From Eledone cirrhosa (Eukaryota), in assembly GCA_964016885.1 (NCBI GenBank), contig OZ024742.1:59644001-59708000 (forward strand): 64,000 bases of DNA, in the 5' to 3' direction. Within the stretch, counting starts at the first letter, position 1. Every line of letters begins with the position of its first letter. The notes beneath the pieces are model-generated. The model ran no database searches, had not been told where the DNA came from, and saw only the letters and a program-made list of their open reading frames with translations. The position numbers and the translations under genes are program-made. Below, in pieces: positions 51,450 to 64,000 of the stretch.

Positions 51450-53790
51450 ATAACAAAACCAAATATAATATCACGACCAAAAGTGCATCAACCAAACACC
51501 AACAGGAATATAAATTCTGAACAGAGAAAAATCCATATTTTAACGTCAGGACTACAAAAACCGGAAAAAGAAAAACTCCAGGAGGAAACATACCCAAAAC
51601 AACTGTACACGTAGATCCTAAAATAATTAATTTATCCAAAAGAGATCTTGACAATGATGAAATGCAAATTCTGTCAAAAGGACTGAAATTCACACCGACT
51701 CCAACAGTCAACCACCAAGAACTGAAGGAGGATACCCAAGAATTCTGTCGAAAATTACGACTTGTAAAATTCTTCGCTGATAAAAGTAATGAGAGTGATG
51801 AACCACTAGTAAAGAATAAATCAAATTTCACTCCGCCAAAAGGAAGAAATATCTATCTCGACCAATACAATGACATCCTGTCTAAATTTTACTCTTAGAC
51901 GTAATACTAATGTTAGGCCAAACATTAACAAATCAGATATTGTCTGCACTTAAATGTATACAAAATGATAAAATTATAATAATTAAACAAGCAGATAAAG
52001 GGGATGCAATTGTTATAATAGATGCTGAATACTACAAAGATTTGGTTGAGGAACAACTGAAAGACACAACATTCTGTCATGAAATACCGTCAAATATAGA
52101 CCACAAAATCATGAAGAAGATCAACAACCTGGCTTCAAAATACCACAACTTACTTACTGATAAGGAAAGAGACTACATCACCAATTTTGAGCCCAAACCC
52201 AGCAACCTGTATGGCCTACCGAAAGTTCGGATGTCAAAAGAAATCCAACTGGCAGTAAATTACTACACCCAAAAGACTTAAAACTTAGACTTATTATAGC
52301 TGGTTCAACATGCCCTACCCACCGTCTAAGCAATTTTGTTAACATTATTTTGAAACCAGTATGTATTCACATACCCAGTTTCATCCGGGATGATATCGAC
52401 TTCCTGTCCCATCTTCCCAAAACCACGGAAACGAATTCACTTCTACGTAGTTTTGATGTGGTAAGCCTTTACACCAACATTACACATGATTTAGGAATAA
52501 AGGCGGTTAAATACTGGGTGAAAAAACATAGAGAAGTGATTCCCACCAGATTCACAGCGCCATTTATATTAGACGCAGTCAAACTTATTCTGGAAAACAA
52601 CACATTCTTCTTCAATGGAAAGAATTACATCCAAATTAGAGGCTCAGCGATGGGAACGAAGTTTGCTCCCGTTTACGCGAACTCTGTAATGGGATACTTA
52701 GAACAACAACTCTATCAAAAGAAATAGAGGGAAAATATAGCACTGACTTTAGAAAGTACATTGAAAAATTTTGGAAGAGATACCTTGACGACTGTTTCAT
52801 CATCTGGACACCATTTCTAGATACTCTGGATGAGTTCAATATCCTCCTGAATAACCTACACCCATCTCTCCAATTCAGAAAACAGATGAGTAGTACCAAA
52901 TTACCATTCCTAGATATAATGGTAATCAAAAACGACACCACCATTACCACGGATATATATTATAAACACACAGACACCCATCAATATCTGAATTTTATGT
53001 CATGCCATCCACCTCATACAAAACGCAACATCCCATACTGCCTAACCAGAAGAATTTGTACCATTGTAGAAGATACGAATACCAGGAACAAACGCCTAAC
53101 ATAACTGAGAGAATTATTGCTCAAACAAAAATACCCATCTCTACTTATTGAAAATTGCATACAGCGGGCTATAAAAATACCTATACAACAACTTAGAACT
53201 GGTCATATCATTTATAATGACACACAACCCATGTCAACAGAATATCTCCAACACTGCCAAAGCAAACCTACCGATCATTTCTCAAAGTAATGAATTAAAA
53301 GGCTTAATCACAGACCGATCTTTGACTCTTAGTAAAAGACAGCCGAAAAATTTGAAGCAATTACTAACAAAAGCAAAGTTTGATCTTAACAACAAAGACC
53401 AATCATTCACTGTATCTAACTGCAATGATAGTCGATGTGGCACATGTCAATCCATACACACCGGTCAATATATGAACACAAAAACTGGAAAAATATTCCC
53501 AAATGCAAATATGAACTGCAAATGCAGAAATCTAGTTTACTGCATTAAATGCCCGAATTGTGAAGAACTATATGTCGGTCAAACTGGAAATGCACTATCT
53601 GAACGTGCACGGGTGCACCGACAGCAAATAAGAGACCCAAATGTCCGTCAAATACCTCTGAGTAACCATCTAGCAACATGTGGTCAGAGAATATTTATAA
53701 TATTTCCATTCTACAAATTACACAGCCCAAGTGAAATGAAGAGAAAATCAAAGAAAAGAATGTTATTGATAAATTCCAACCCAAGCTAAA
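51450..53790 (+). pseudogene. Near full-length but inactivated Neptune-type PLE ORF
   Basis: IINLS..L...EMQILSKGLKFTPTP, IKQADKG, LYGLPKV, FDVVSLYTNI, GSAMGTKFAPVYAN, WKRYLDD, CNDSRCGTC linker, NLVYCIKC..C...YVGQTG. Several stops and frameshifts. Confidence 0.93.
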
Positions 53791-54322
53791 TGAACAATAA
53801 TAATGGGGTATTACTCCTATTATGACTATGACTACGACCATGTCAAGTCGACTACCACCACTAACAACAACAACAATAATAATAATAATAATAAAAGTAA
53901 TGTTGATGGTGATGATTATTAGAAAATGCTATTTTCATCATTTCTAAAAATAGCAAAACAATTGATGCTTTGGATAGGGTCAAACAGTAGTCGTTAGACA
54001 TGCTCAACCAACCGTGACGCCTAAACCAATGAGCTTTAGTAATCGAGTGAAAGTACACACCAATTGGTCGAAATACAGTTTGCAAAATTTAGCATCCTGT
54101 AGCGGCTTTTCACTGTATATAAGGCACAAAATTTACCCATCTCATTGCAAACTTGATGTCGCCACAGAATTTGAACCTGAAGATTGCGAAAGCATGAAAG
54201 TACTTGTTCAATTAACACTTAACATTTAATATTCTATCATACTATTTCATTCTAATACCATTATAAATTTTAAAGGATTGTAAATAAAACGAGTAAATAA
54301 GACAAAGTTGGAATTCCTTTTA

Positions 54323-54390
<68 letters not shown>

Positions 54391-54531
54391 CACATATATA
54401 TAGTTAAAACAGAAAACAGAAAAGAAAAAAAATCGAAGCGAAGAGACAGTACAAAGTGTTGATATTAGGTTCACGCTTGAGAGTGGGTGGGGGTTATATA
54501 TATATATATATATTCTCGGTAAAATTATATT

Positions 54532-54593
<62 letters not shown>

Positions 54594-54596
54594 AAC

Positions 54597-54756
<160 letters not shown>

Positions 54757-55060
54757 TAAAACAACAACAGAAGGATGGACTGAAAATGATTATATATATA
54801 TATATAGCTGACAGCACACGTGCGTTTTCTCCAAAAATATTTGTTCCGTTCTTCCCGCTTCTCAATCTCTCTTTTTCTGTTTCCTCTTTTATTTCCCATT
54901 CTAGCTTCTGATGAAGTATTAATGTCCAAAACGTTAATACTCCTTTCCTACTATATCAATCGTGAAACTCAAATATTTCTTTATGGTACTGCGCTATTTG
55001 CTTTGTTTTCTTAAACACACATTCACACACACTCACGCACAAAACACACACACACACACG

Positions 55061-55169
<109 letters not shown>

Positions 55170-55375
55170 GCACACACACACACACACACACACGCACACA
55201 CGCACGCACACACACATGCACGCACACATACACATAACGGTCTCGCCTTATATTGTAAACCAGACCACTCTTTCAATACAATCGTTTTCACTTCTACCAG
55301 TCTTCTCTTATCTTTTGATATATATAAAATAAAGTTAAATAAAAGTCAAATGATTAAAATTTAGCTTCGTTTATT

Positions 55376-55430
55376 ACTGCTATATATATTTCAGTGACAG
55401 CCATCTTTGGCTGTGACCTCTTCAGGCAGT
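55376..55430 (-). ncRNA. Type I HHR (TATATA stem III family) within pseudo-LTR fragment 55325-55545
   Basis: Reverse complement of the 39515 motif with one stem II change. Confidence 0.83.
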
Positions 55431-55915
55431 TTGAATTAGTATGGTATAGACAAGTACATATGTTGTTGAGGTGTATAATATTGTCAATACTCTGATATGC
55501 CCAGTTCCTTGTAGGGTTGTTATTTCACTGAGGAACTGGAGTCATATATATATATATATATATATCAATGATATTAATAAATGGAAACTATATTTATGAA
55601 ACCATATTTCAAAGGTACCAACATTTTGGTACGCTTTCATCAGATAAAATACAAAGTTTATTTTATAAATATTGGCATATCCAGGAACGAGACCTTAACG
55701 GTTCAAGTGTTTCCTGTTATAAATATATATATTTGTTGAATTACCAAAAAATTAAATATCCCTATATATATATATATATTAGAAAGTGAGGTTTTGTTTA
55801 CAAAATGAAAAATAACCGAGGTGTCCTACACGAGTGAAAGTATAAAGAAAAAAAGATGAAATCAAAAATGCAACTGGAGTCTTATTTTAAAAAATATATA
55901 TATATTTACTTGGTT

Positions 55916-55953
55916 CCTTTACCGGTTTCGCAGTTCTTCTGCTTTTCAAAAGT
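55916..55953 (-). ncRNA. Variant minimal HHR with U3-A8 core
   Basis: Minus strand: ctt-TTGAAAA-gcag-aagaa-ctgc-GAAA-ccgg-TA-aag. Confidence 0.6.
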
Positions 55954-56009
55954 AGAGTTGAGATGGAAGGTCTGTGGTTTTTCTCACATCTCACATATAT
56001 ATATATATA

Positions 56010-56597
56010 TATGAATGTATGCATAATATATTTGGCTATATACCGTATGTTTAATTAAAAACATTTTGAAGACCTTACGATGTCATTTTAAAGTAGTGAC
56101 TATGTCTCTTACTTCTTTTCGGCGAAAGAAGACAGAGAATCTAACAGTCTGTTTCATGCTGTTTGGCAATCATCAGAGCTACGTACTGCCCTCTTCCACC
56201 GAAAATTATAGAAGCTGGATTCTTATAGAATTCCAGTAATAATCCGGAGCTGATTATACAGAGCGATTGCCGGTCCAGCAAAAATTAATATTAGGATTGG
56301 TGCTCTGAAATAGCGATGTATACATGAATGTATGCACAATATTTTTGGCAATATACCGTATGTTTAATTAAAAACATTTTGAAGACCTTACGCTATTATT
56401 TTAAAGTAGTGACTATATCACTTACTTCTTTTCGGCGAAAGAAGAAAGAGAAGTTAACAGTCTGTTTCATGGTGTTTGCTGGACGGGCAATCGCTCTGTA
56501 TAATCAGCTCCTGATTATTATGGAATTATATAAGAATCCAGCTTCTATAATTTTCGGCAGAAGAGGGCAGTACGTAGCTCTGATGATTGCCAAACAC
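56010..56597. mobile_element. Rearranged pseudo-LTR module (direct plus inverted duplication) with HHR-like motif at 56140-56180 (-)
   Basis: 56011-56160 repeated at 56324-56472. 56161-56283 inverted at 56475-56595. Minus strand: CTGATGA-t-tgc-caaaca-gca-t-GAAA-cagactg-TT. Confidence 0.7.
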
Positions 56598-56601
56598 ACA
56601 C

Positions 56602-56648
<47 letters not shown>

Positions 56649-56669
56649 CATTTATATAAGAAATAGGAT

Positions 56670-57548
56670 TTAACTTCAAGCATAGCTTTATACAATTTGT
56701 ATAGAAATTTCGAATTTCGAAAGAAATACGATTTTAGGAAGCCATAGCTATGCGAACACCGGGTTCATAAATTAGTCATCGGGGAGTGTTTTCTATATAT
56801 CAGCGTATAGTTTTTTTTATTCCGGGGTCATTCTGCAGATAAAAATTGATAGTGGTGTCACCTTTTTTTAGGTATCGAAAAATAAGATTTTTGACTCTAG
56901 CCCCCACATTTTTCCGCCGATTTCGTTCACATTTTAAAGTAAAATAGAATTTATCATTGCACATCTTGTGATGCCTTTATATTTTGCATTTGTCGTCCAA
57001 GGACGGCGTGGCAGCCGCTTAAATATTCAAAAGTACCACTTTTAGACTCAAATTTCCACTTTTTCGGCTCTACACTACGCTAGATCTGATTATTTCACGT
57101 CTTAAAATGGCTTTACATTTCGAATTTTTCTTCAAGAACGGCGTGGCAGCCGCTTAAATATTCGAAAATATCACCTTTGCGCTCAAATTTCCGCCTTTTC
57201 AGCTCTAGTTCCCACATTTTTCAACTAATTTCGTTCAAATTCGAAACTTCGGCTCCACCTCACACATAAATCAATTTATTTGGTTCAACTTTTATACTAC
57301 GATTGCACATCTTATAGTAGCTTTACACTTTGCATTTTGGGTTCAGGGACAGCGTGGCAGCCGTTTAACTCTTCAAAATACGATTTTTTTCCACCTCCCA
57401 CATATTCCATACGATTTCACTCAACATTTCGCCATTTGCTACACCTTACGACCGATTTTCAAGAAACTCTCAGTCGCTAAGATCAACACCTTTTCATCAA
57501 AGCAGATATTATTTTACCTACCCAGGCAACGCTGGGTACTGTTTCTAG
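56670..57548 (+). mobile_element. Non-autonomous Helitron-like element
   Basis: 3' hairpin cccaggcaacgctggg plus CTAG|T. Internal subrepeat gcgtggcagccg occurs three times. 5' boundary uncertain. Confidence 0.6.
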
Positions 57549-57769
57549 TATATATATATATATATATATAAAACAATGCATATATATATATGTCTATGTA
57601 TATTTGCATGTATGCATGTATGTATGTAAGTATATCCCGGTTTATAAAAACATTTTCTGGTATTGCTACTAGGAGGTCAGATTTTTTAAAAGAGAAGAGT
57701 ACAGTCGCTGGGATTATATTGATTGCATTGTTAATCTTCTGATCTAATTAGGCGGCCAACACGATGAAG

Positions 57770-58222
57770 TAGGTGATGGTGATGACTATATTGATGATGG
57801 TGTTTATGGGGATGATAGCGGCTGCGGTAGCGGTCTTTGTATGGTTGATAATTATCAATATCTTAGCAAGGTTGTATATAACTGGGAGTAGTAATGTTGA
57901 TGAAAGCGATGATGATGATCATGATGATGGTGATGATGGTGGTGAGACCGTGTTGTTCAGGATTACGATGATATTCATGATGGCCTTCATAGTGATCTCA
58001 AATATCCTGTTAATGAAGAAACGGAGAGTTAGGGAGAGAAGATGGAGGAAGATGGTCGTGATATTCGTGCTGGCATAAATATTGTTGATGATAGTAAAGG
58101 TGTTGGTGCTTATAATCATTATGATGATCATGACGGTGATGATGATGATAATGTTGACGAGGCCGACGACGACGATGATGATGATGACGACAATGGTGTC
58201 GAGGATGTGAATGATGATGATC
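57770..58222. repeat. Degenerate (GAT)n low-complexity tract
   Basis: Direct reading. Confidence 0.85.
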
Positions 58223-58329
58223 TAATAATGTATTCATCTTTCTCCCAACGTAAAAATCAGGAAACTGTCAGTCAACAATTATTAATAATTGAAAAATTAA
58301 TTATTTAAGTTAATTTGATCAGATTACAT

Positions 58330-59050
58330 CCCTTCGTTCTCCACCTGTATTTCACCTGTTGCGAATTAATGTTATATGGTGTATATATTTCCTCACTGTG
58401 TGTGTTCCTGCATTGGACCTGCGTTGATTGCGACGACGAGCATTCCAATTGTTCGAACAACGAAAAAGATTTCACGTGAACTTAACGGGCAAATTCCCGC
58501 ACACTGTACATACACGAACACACTTAACGTCACTTTCAGAGAGCTTCAAAATGACACCCTTTGTGTCAAGGCTTGTCGTTTGAATTACATGCACAACTTA
58601 TTCTCGTCAATAGGAGCAACATGAAATACAGACACCTCAAGCCACCGGGTATCGAACTCATGACTTTTCTATTTTGAGTCGAACACCTTGATATCTAAAC
58701 CACTTGCTTTCACAAGTTATCGATATACGAATGCTGCTTTGTTTCAGCTCCAAAGTGAATGCATGTGGCTTAATGCTTAATGTACTTGATTCAGGATCGT
58801 AATACCGTGTGTTTGAATCTCTGCTGCGCATTGTATACCTGAACAACACACTTTATTTTATGCACCTAAACCCACCCAAATGGCCAAATGAGTAGTACCT
58901 GTAATTGAAAGGGCCTGCGTTATCTCACACTGTGCTAGGCTGAATCTCCTTGTGAACTACGTTAAGTGTTTATAAGTATATAACTACGTTAAGTGTATAT
59001 GGAATACTCGACCATTTACAGGTTAATTTCACCATGAGTAATGTTAAACA
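58330..59050. mobile_element. Two diverged, oppositely oriented copies of a second SINE family
   Basis: acacttaacgt..ttcaga vs actacgttaagtgt. tRNA-like head atgtggcttaatg..taa..gtacttg...gtttgaatc. Confidence 0.45.
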
Positions 59051-59991
59051 TCGGTTTGATCTAAAAACAAATACGATAGATATAAGATATTGAGTCATTA
59101 GAGCGAAAGTATTTGTAGTATTTGTTCCAGTTGACTGGTTTTAAATCCTATCGTGGTTAACTTTGTCTTTCGAAGTTTCGGGATAGATAAAATAAAGCAC
59201 CAGTCTAGTGGGAAATATTACATCTTCAATAGAAAGACATTATAATATATCCTCCAGCTCTATGTGTCTTGTGTTGAAAAATCTCATTGTGGGCTAATCC
59301 AGTGATGGCTTTAATCGATTTAATCAGTTAGCTGTGTTAAGATAGCTCACCTGACACTATGGTATCTTTAGCGAAGTCCATCATGTATGTATGTATTATA
59401 TATATTCCCCACAAAAAATGTCTGACTGAATACACATGTGCTTTTCACAAATAAAATTTCCATTCATTCCTCTTCTCAATTTTTTATATTTCATCTTTTA
59501 TTTTTCATTCTAGCTTCGGATGAAGGACTATTGTCTGAAACAAAAATAATTTGTTCTTATTGTACCAAGCGTTAAACTAATAAATTTCTTCATTGAACTG
59601 TGTGTACGTGTGTTTCCCTCTCTCTCTCTCTCTTTGTCTCTCCCCCCTCTCTCTCACTGTGCGTGTTTGTGTGTGTGTGTGTGTGCGCGTCTGCAAAAAG
59701 TAAACGGAAACAACAAAGTAAACTCTCGGGAAAGTGGACAAAGAAGAGGAAGAGAAGAAGAAATTCTTGGATTTCTTTGATTGTTATCAACCAAATATGT
59801 TCTATTCAGGATTCGCTTTCCTGACAGTATATCATATTGGATTTGCTCTGTAACAATTACTCTTCGCACGTGTTACCATTGAGCAGTTCTCCAGGAAGTA
59901 AGGTCGAACTGATTGTGATGACTTCTATGCCTGTAGCATTGTATCGGGCTTAAATATCCATTATATATGCTTATATTATACATATATATAT

Positions 59992-60076
<85 letters not shown>

Positions 60077-60081
60077 CATAT

Positions 60082-60217
60082 ATGAAAATATTTAACCCCG
60101 ACGGCAGAGCTCTGCAGTCGGGGTTAAACATTTTCCTATTACCCACTCTACTACCCTAAGTATTGAGTACTCTGGTGCGTTATGGTCCATCTGGTTCCTT
60201 ACCACACTTTCTTCGTT
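60082..60217. mobile_element. Fold-back pseudo-LTR fragment, opposite orientation to 1817-1985
   Basis: tttaaccccgacggcagagctctgcagtcggggttaaa hairpin plus tail ...gagtactctggtgcgttatggtcc. Confidence 0.75.
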
Positions 60218-61173
60218 ATATATATATATGTATGTATATATGTTTATTTTCTTGGGATGATAGGGTGGGTGGGGCACACTTGCGGTGGTAAATGGTTGTT
60301 ACTAATGTGGCTTGTCAGCTATATTGCAAACACTTAAATTATTTAAGATAAAATAGTTAACATATTTAAGCCTCCTCCACTAATTTACTCTGCATATGTA
60401 AAAAGTTGATTGTATGTATGTTCATCAGTTTACAATGTGGTATTACAATACTCTTTCAACTATTATTTAGTGTGGGTGTGATGTGTCCGTTTAAAAATAA
60501 GAAAGGGCAATTGTGTCACGGAAGATTTAGCATATTGCGGGAGAGTGCATATTGTGGTGTGGGCTTCCAGTTGGATAAGAACACCTCAACACACACGCAT
60601 CATCATTCAACAAACACATTGACAAATGTAGAAACATCAACCAACTTATTAACGTTACTATTAAAGCCAGTGATAAAAATGTGGGCAATTTAAGAATTAA
60701 GGCAGCCTTGTTCATATGTAGACTCAACCCACAGATAAATGATAAATTAGAACTCAGCACACAATACTTAACATAAAAAGATACACCCACAGGCACACAA
60801 ACTAAACATTTCATACAAAAAAGAATTGATTTCTCGAAAATTGATTTTGGCAATAGATGTCATTCTCGTGAGAAGCGAAATAACCATAACAAACGCTTGA
60901 AGTCGACTTAGAAAAAATTTAAATCAAAATCAAAATTTAATCCCAAAGAGAAGAAATTGGTACATTATCCACTGAAACCCCGAAGAAGGGCCTTTTAGGT
61001 CCAAAAATATTGGAAAAAAAAAAAAAATGAATAACAACAAGAAAACAAAACAAAGATTACCAGGTAACATACTTTTCATTACCTTATCTTACAGTCCATT
61101 TTGCATTGTTTAGCCTTCTATCTCTTTCAACGTTATATATTACACACAATGCTTCAAGAAAACTACAACATTT

Positions 61174-61210
<37 letters not shown>

Positions 61211-61280
61211 AAATAAAATAAATAAGTCAAATGTTTAAAATTTGGTCTCGTTTATTACTGCTATATATATTTCGGTGACA

Positions 61281-61386
<106 letters not shown>

Positions 61387-62547
61387 CACTATATACATAC
61401 GTACATACATACTTACACATATACATATAGTTCATGTTCAACAACAGTAAACACTATTTGAGAACGACGACAGTGAAATAATTACGATAGACTCTTATGA
61501 AAAACAGGAAATAAAAGAGTGGTTTCAATAAAACTGACTATGGAGAGAATATGTTATGTTAATCATAACTGACTTTGAAAACATTCATTATGTCATCAGC
61601 AACGCTTTTAGATGTATGCAAAAAAAAAAGAAAAAAAATTAATTTGACAAATATCTGGAATTTAAGATTAATTTGCTTTCAAAGTCAAGTATCTTTGCAC
61701 CTGGTTCGACAATTAATTTATTGTCATATATGCTTCGGTAAATTCAACTTCTACGCCTGAGTACAATGAAATATAATTGTTTCTACTTTAGGCATATAGC
61801 CAGTAATTTGGGGAGAGGGGAAAGTCGATTAAATCGACACCAGCGCATGTCTGGTACTTTATTTTATCAAGCCCAAAGGAAAAGCTAACCTCGGCGGGAT
61901 TTGAACTCAGAACATAACTCTATGCTGCAAACTCTATGCTACAAAGCATTTTGTACGATGCTCTACCGATTCTGCCAAATCCCCCGCCGTAACAACGAAA
62001 TATAATTGATGGTTTGTAACATTCGTACCGGCTCACTGCGCCATGAGTTCAAATTTAGCCGAACACAGGGTGTCAACGTTTTCATGGCACCGACTTTTAA
62101 ACAACTATGTACGGATTATTAATACATCACAAATAAACCATTGTGTATTTTCCCAGCAATAATCACGTAATCAGATGCATACATTTTTATATGGTGTAGT
62201 CAATTAATAGGAGAGTAATGCAAGTCAAATTACATTCAACCAATGCAGAAATTTACTTTTCGAGGATTATTCTAATTAAATATTCCGAAGGAATGTTCGT
62301 GATAACGAAGTCACTGGAAGTAATCTATCTAGTGTCGAATCTGCAGCTGTTGATTCCGGTCTCAGATTTTGCATGTCTTCAACTTCAGATAGAAATGTTG
62401 TATCCTATGCATGCTTTCTCATTACAACGACGCATAAATGCCATATTGGAATGCAGTCTCATGGCCTAAGGGTTGGAATAAGTTGTTCATTATAGTAAAG
62501 TGGCCGGTCAGTGAATTTTGTGCCGGAGCAAGACGTTTCATATCCCA

Positions 62548-62911
62548 TTACTCCATTCCATTCTGCTGAAAAAGAAATTATGTACATCCAGGAAGTAGGA
62601 GTTAAACCTGAGCTGGAGTGTCTTTTTGACGAAATGGGAGTATTTTGCTCTTAGCCGCTTAACGCCAATAGCCTCGAGATAACCTGAATAGTGTAAACGC
62701 ACATGAAAGACAATACTAAAGTAAGTGGCAAATTGACGGAGTCGTTAGAGTGATTAACTAAATACTGTGTGTCATTCATTTCAACTCACATCTTCAATTT
62801 TGATATTTACCTTGTCGGGTTCGATGATCAAGTAACGATCCAAGGCAGTGGAATCGCGGAATGTCACCTTATGTCGAATCCGCACGCAGTCTGCGTTGAG
62901 AGGTTGTATTC
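62548..62911 (-). CDS. Candidate last two coding exons of an unidentified host gene (62911-62811 and 62565-62548)
   Basis: Polypyrimidine tract plus AG, 101-nt open exon IQPLNADCVRIRHKVTFRDSTALDRYLIIEPDK, AG|GTAAAT donor, 245-nt intron, ttctttttcag acceptor, QNGME-stop. No homology recognised. Confidence 0.25.
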
Positions 62912-63241
62912 CTTACAAGGTATAAGATACAAGGTGGGAAACGAAGGAAAAAATTATGAGACATGTTTTAACCTCAAATTTGAGACACGTTTCGAATGCT
63001 TGCAACAGTGTGAGTGCAGTAAAAGCACTCAAGAGCCATATTGTTCGCTGTACGAAGGATTTTGTTGACCACCAAAGAACAGCTATTGAAGATCGTCAAT
63101 ATTTCAACACATTTTTCGCATATAAAATTTAAATCACTGTGATAGTGTTGATGGTGTAAATATATAAAATCTGAATGATTTTATTCCTGGTATGTGCATA
63201 CTTTGAAAATAAAGAATTGTTTGTGATACAACTCGCTCTAT

Positions 63242-63315
<74 letters not shown>

Positions 63316-63787
63316 GCACCCCCCCTACACACAGTATCTGCAGTTTCCCTCTGCCAAATTCCCCTCAAAAGGCATTTTTCTATATCAGACTATAGTAGAA
63401 ACACCTGCTCTATGTGCCACGCAGCCGGACTGAATCAAGAAACACTTGGTAGCTTAGGGAACTTCTTAAATACCCAGCAAACACCTGAACCTACAGTTAA
63501 CAAACGAAAGGGGAAAAGAGCCGATCACACGGTTAAAAATCCTATTTTAATTTGTCTTTCCGTTGCTGATACTATCTGCTGGTCACTATCCCTAGCTGAA
63601 ATGTAGTTCAATGGTAGTTAGTTATAATATATTTGACCCACTTATTCAACTTCTTTTGGCTCTAAATTCCTGACAGAATTGTAAGTCCACCGTTCTAAAA
63701 CACCGCAGGATTGGAGAATTTTAAAACTGGCTGAGCCCGTCTCTCTCCTAGTCCGGACCCATTCAATTTCTTTTTCTTCTTCTTAAT

Positions 63788-63854
<67 letters not shown>

Positions 63855-64000
63855 TAGAAAGATAGAAAGATAGAAAGAAAGAAAGACAGAGAGTTAGAAA
63901 CTGCATTGTTTATCGTCATCGCAAACATGAAAAGCAGAGTAAACTTGGAGGGATTTGGATTCGGATCAAATACCCAGGAGTTTTAATTCAACGACCTAAG

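Noticed and set aside
57773-58308. Asp-rich and His-rich ORFs
   Set aside because: Arise from a degenerate (GAT)n tract, with no domain or splice support
62769-63068. Plus-strand Cys-containing 99-aa ORF
   Set aside because: GTG start and no known motif. The minus strand has better splice signals over the same bases

Overview
AT-rich eukaryotic (animal) DNA made almost entirely of microsatellites and transposable-element debris. The SINE family and repeat landscape suggest a coleoid cephalopod such as octopus (inference). No intact host gene is evident, only a weak pair of candidate terminal exons near 62.5-62.9 kb on the minus strand. Recognisable elements are decayed Penelope-like retroelements (PLEs) of three apparent clades (Neptune-, Nematis- and Hydra-type), two Tx1/L1-clade LINE fragments, an RTE-clade LINE 3' end, a mariner relic, non-autonomous Helitrons and many tRNA-derived SINEs. 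The ORF track misses the main signal, which is non-coding: many short modules wedged between (TA)n tracts carry type I hammerhead ribozyme (HHR) motifs. Read by eye there are about 15 near-intact motifs and about a dozen degenerate or half motifs. They include (i) a 400-440 bp HHR-bearing unit present as ~1.3- to 2.5-mer tandem arrays, three of four sharing the same 3' end (retrozyme-like), (ii) HHRs with a compensatory U3-A8 core, (iii) HHRs with long, partly covarying stem II insertions, and (iv) fold-back pseudo-LTR fragments sharing a short tail motif. All folds and alignments were done by eye and element boundaries are approximate.
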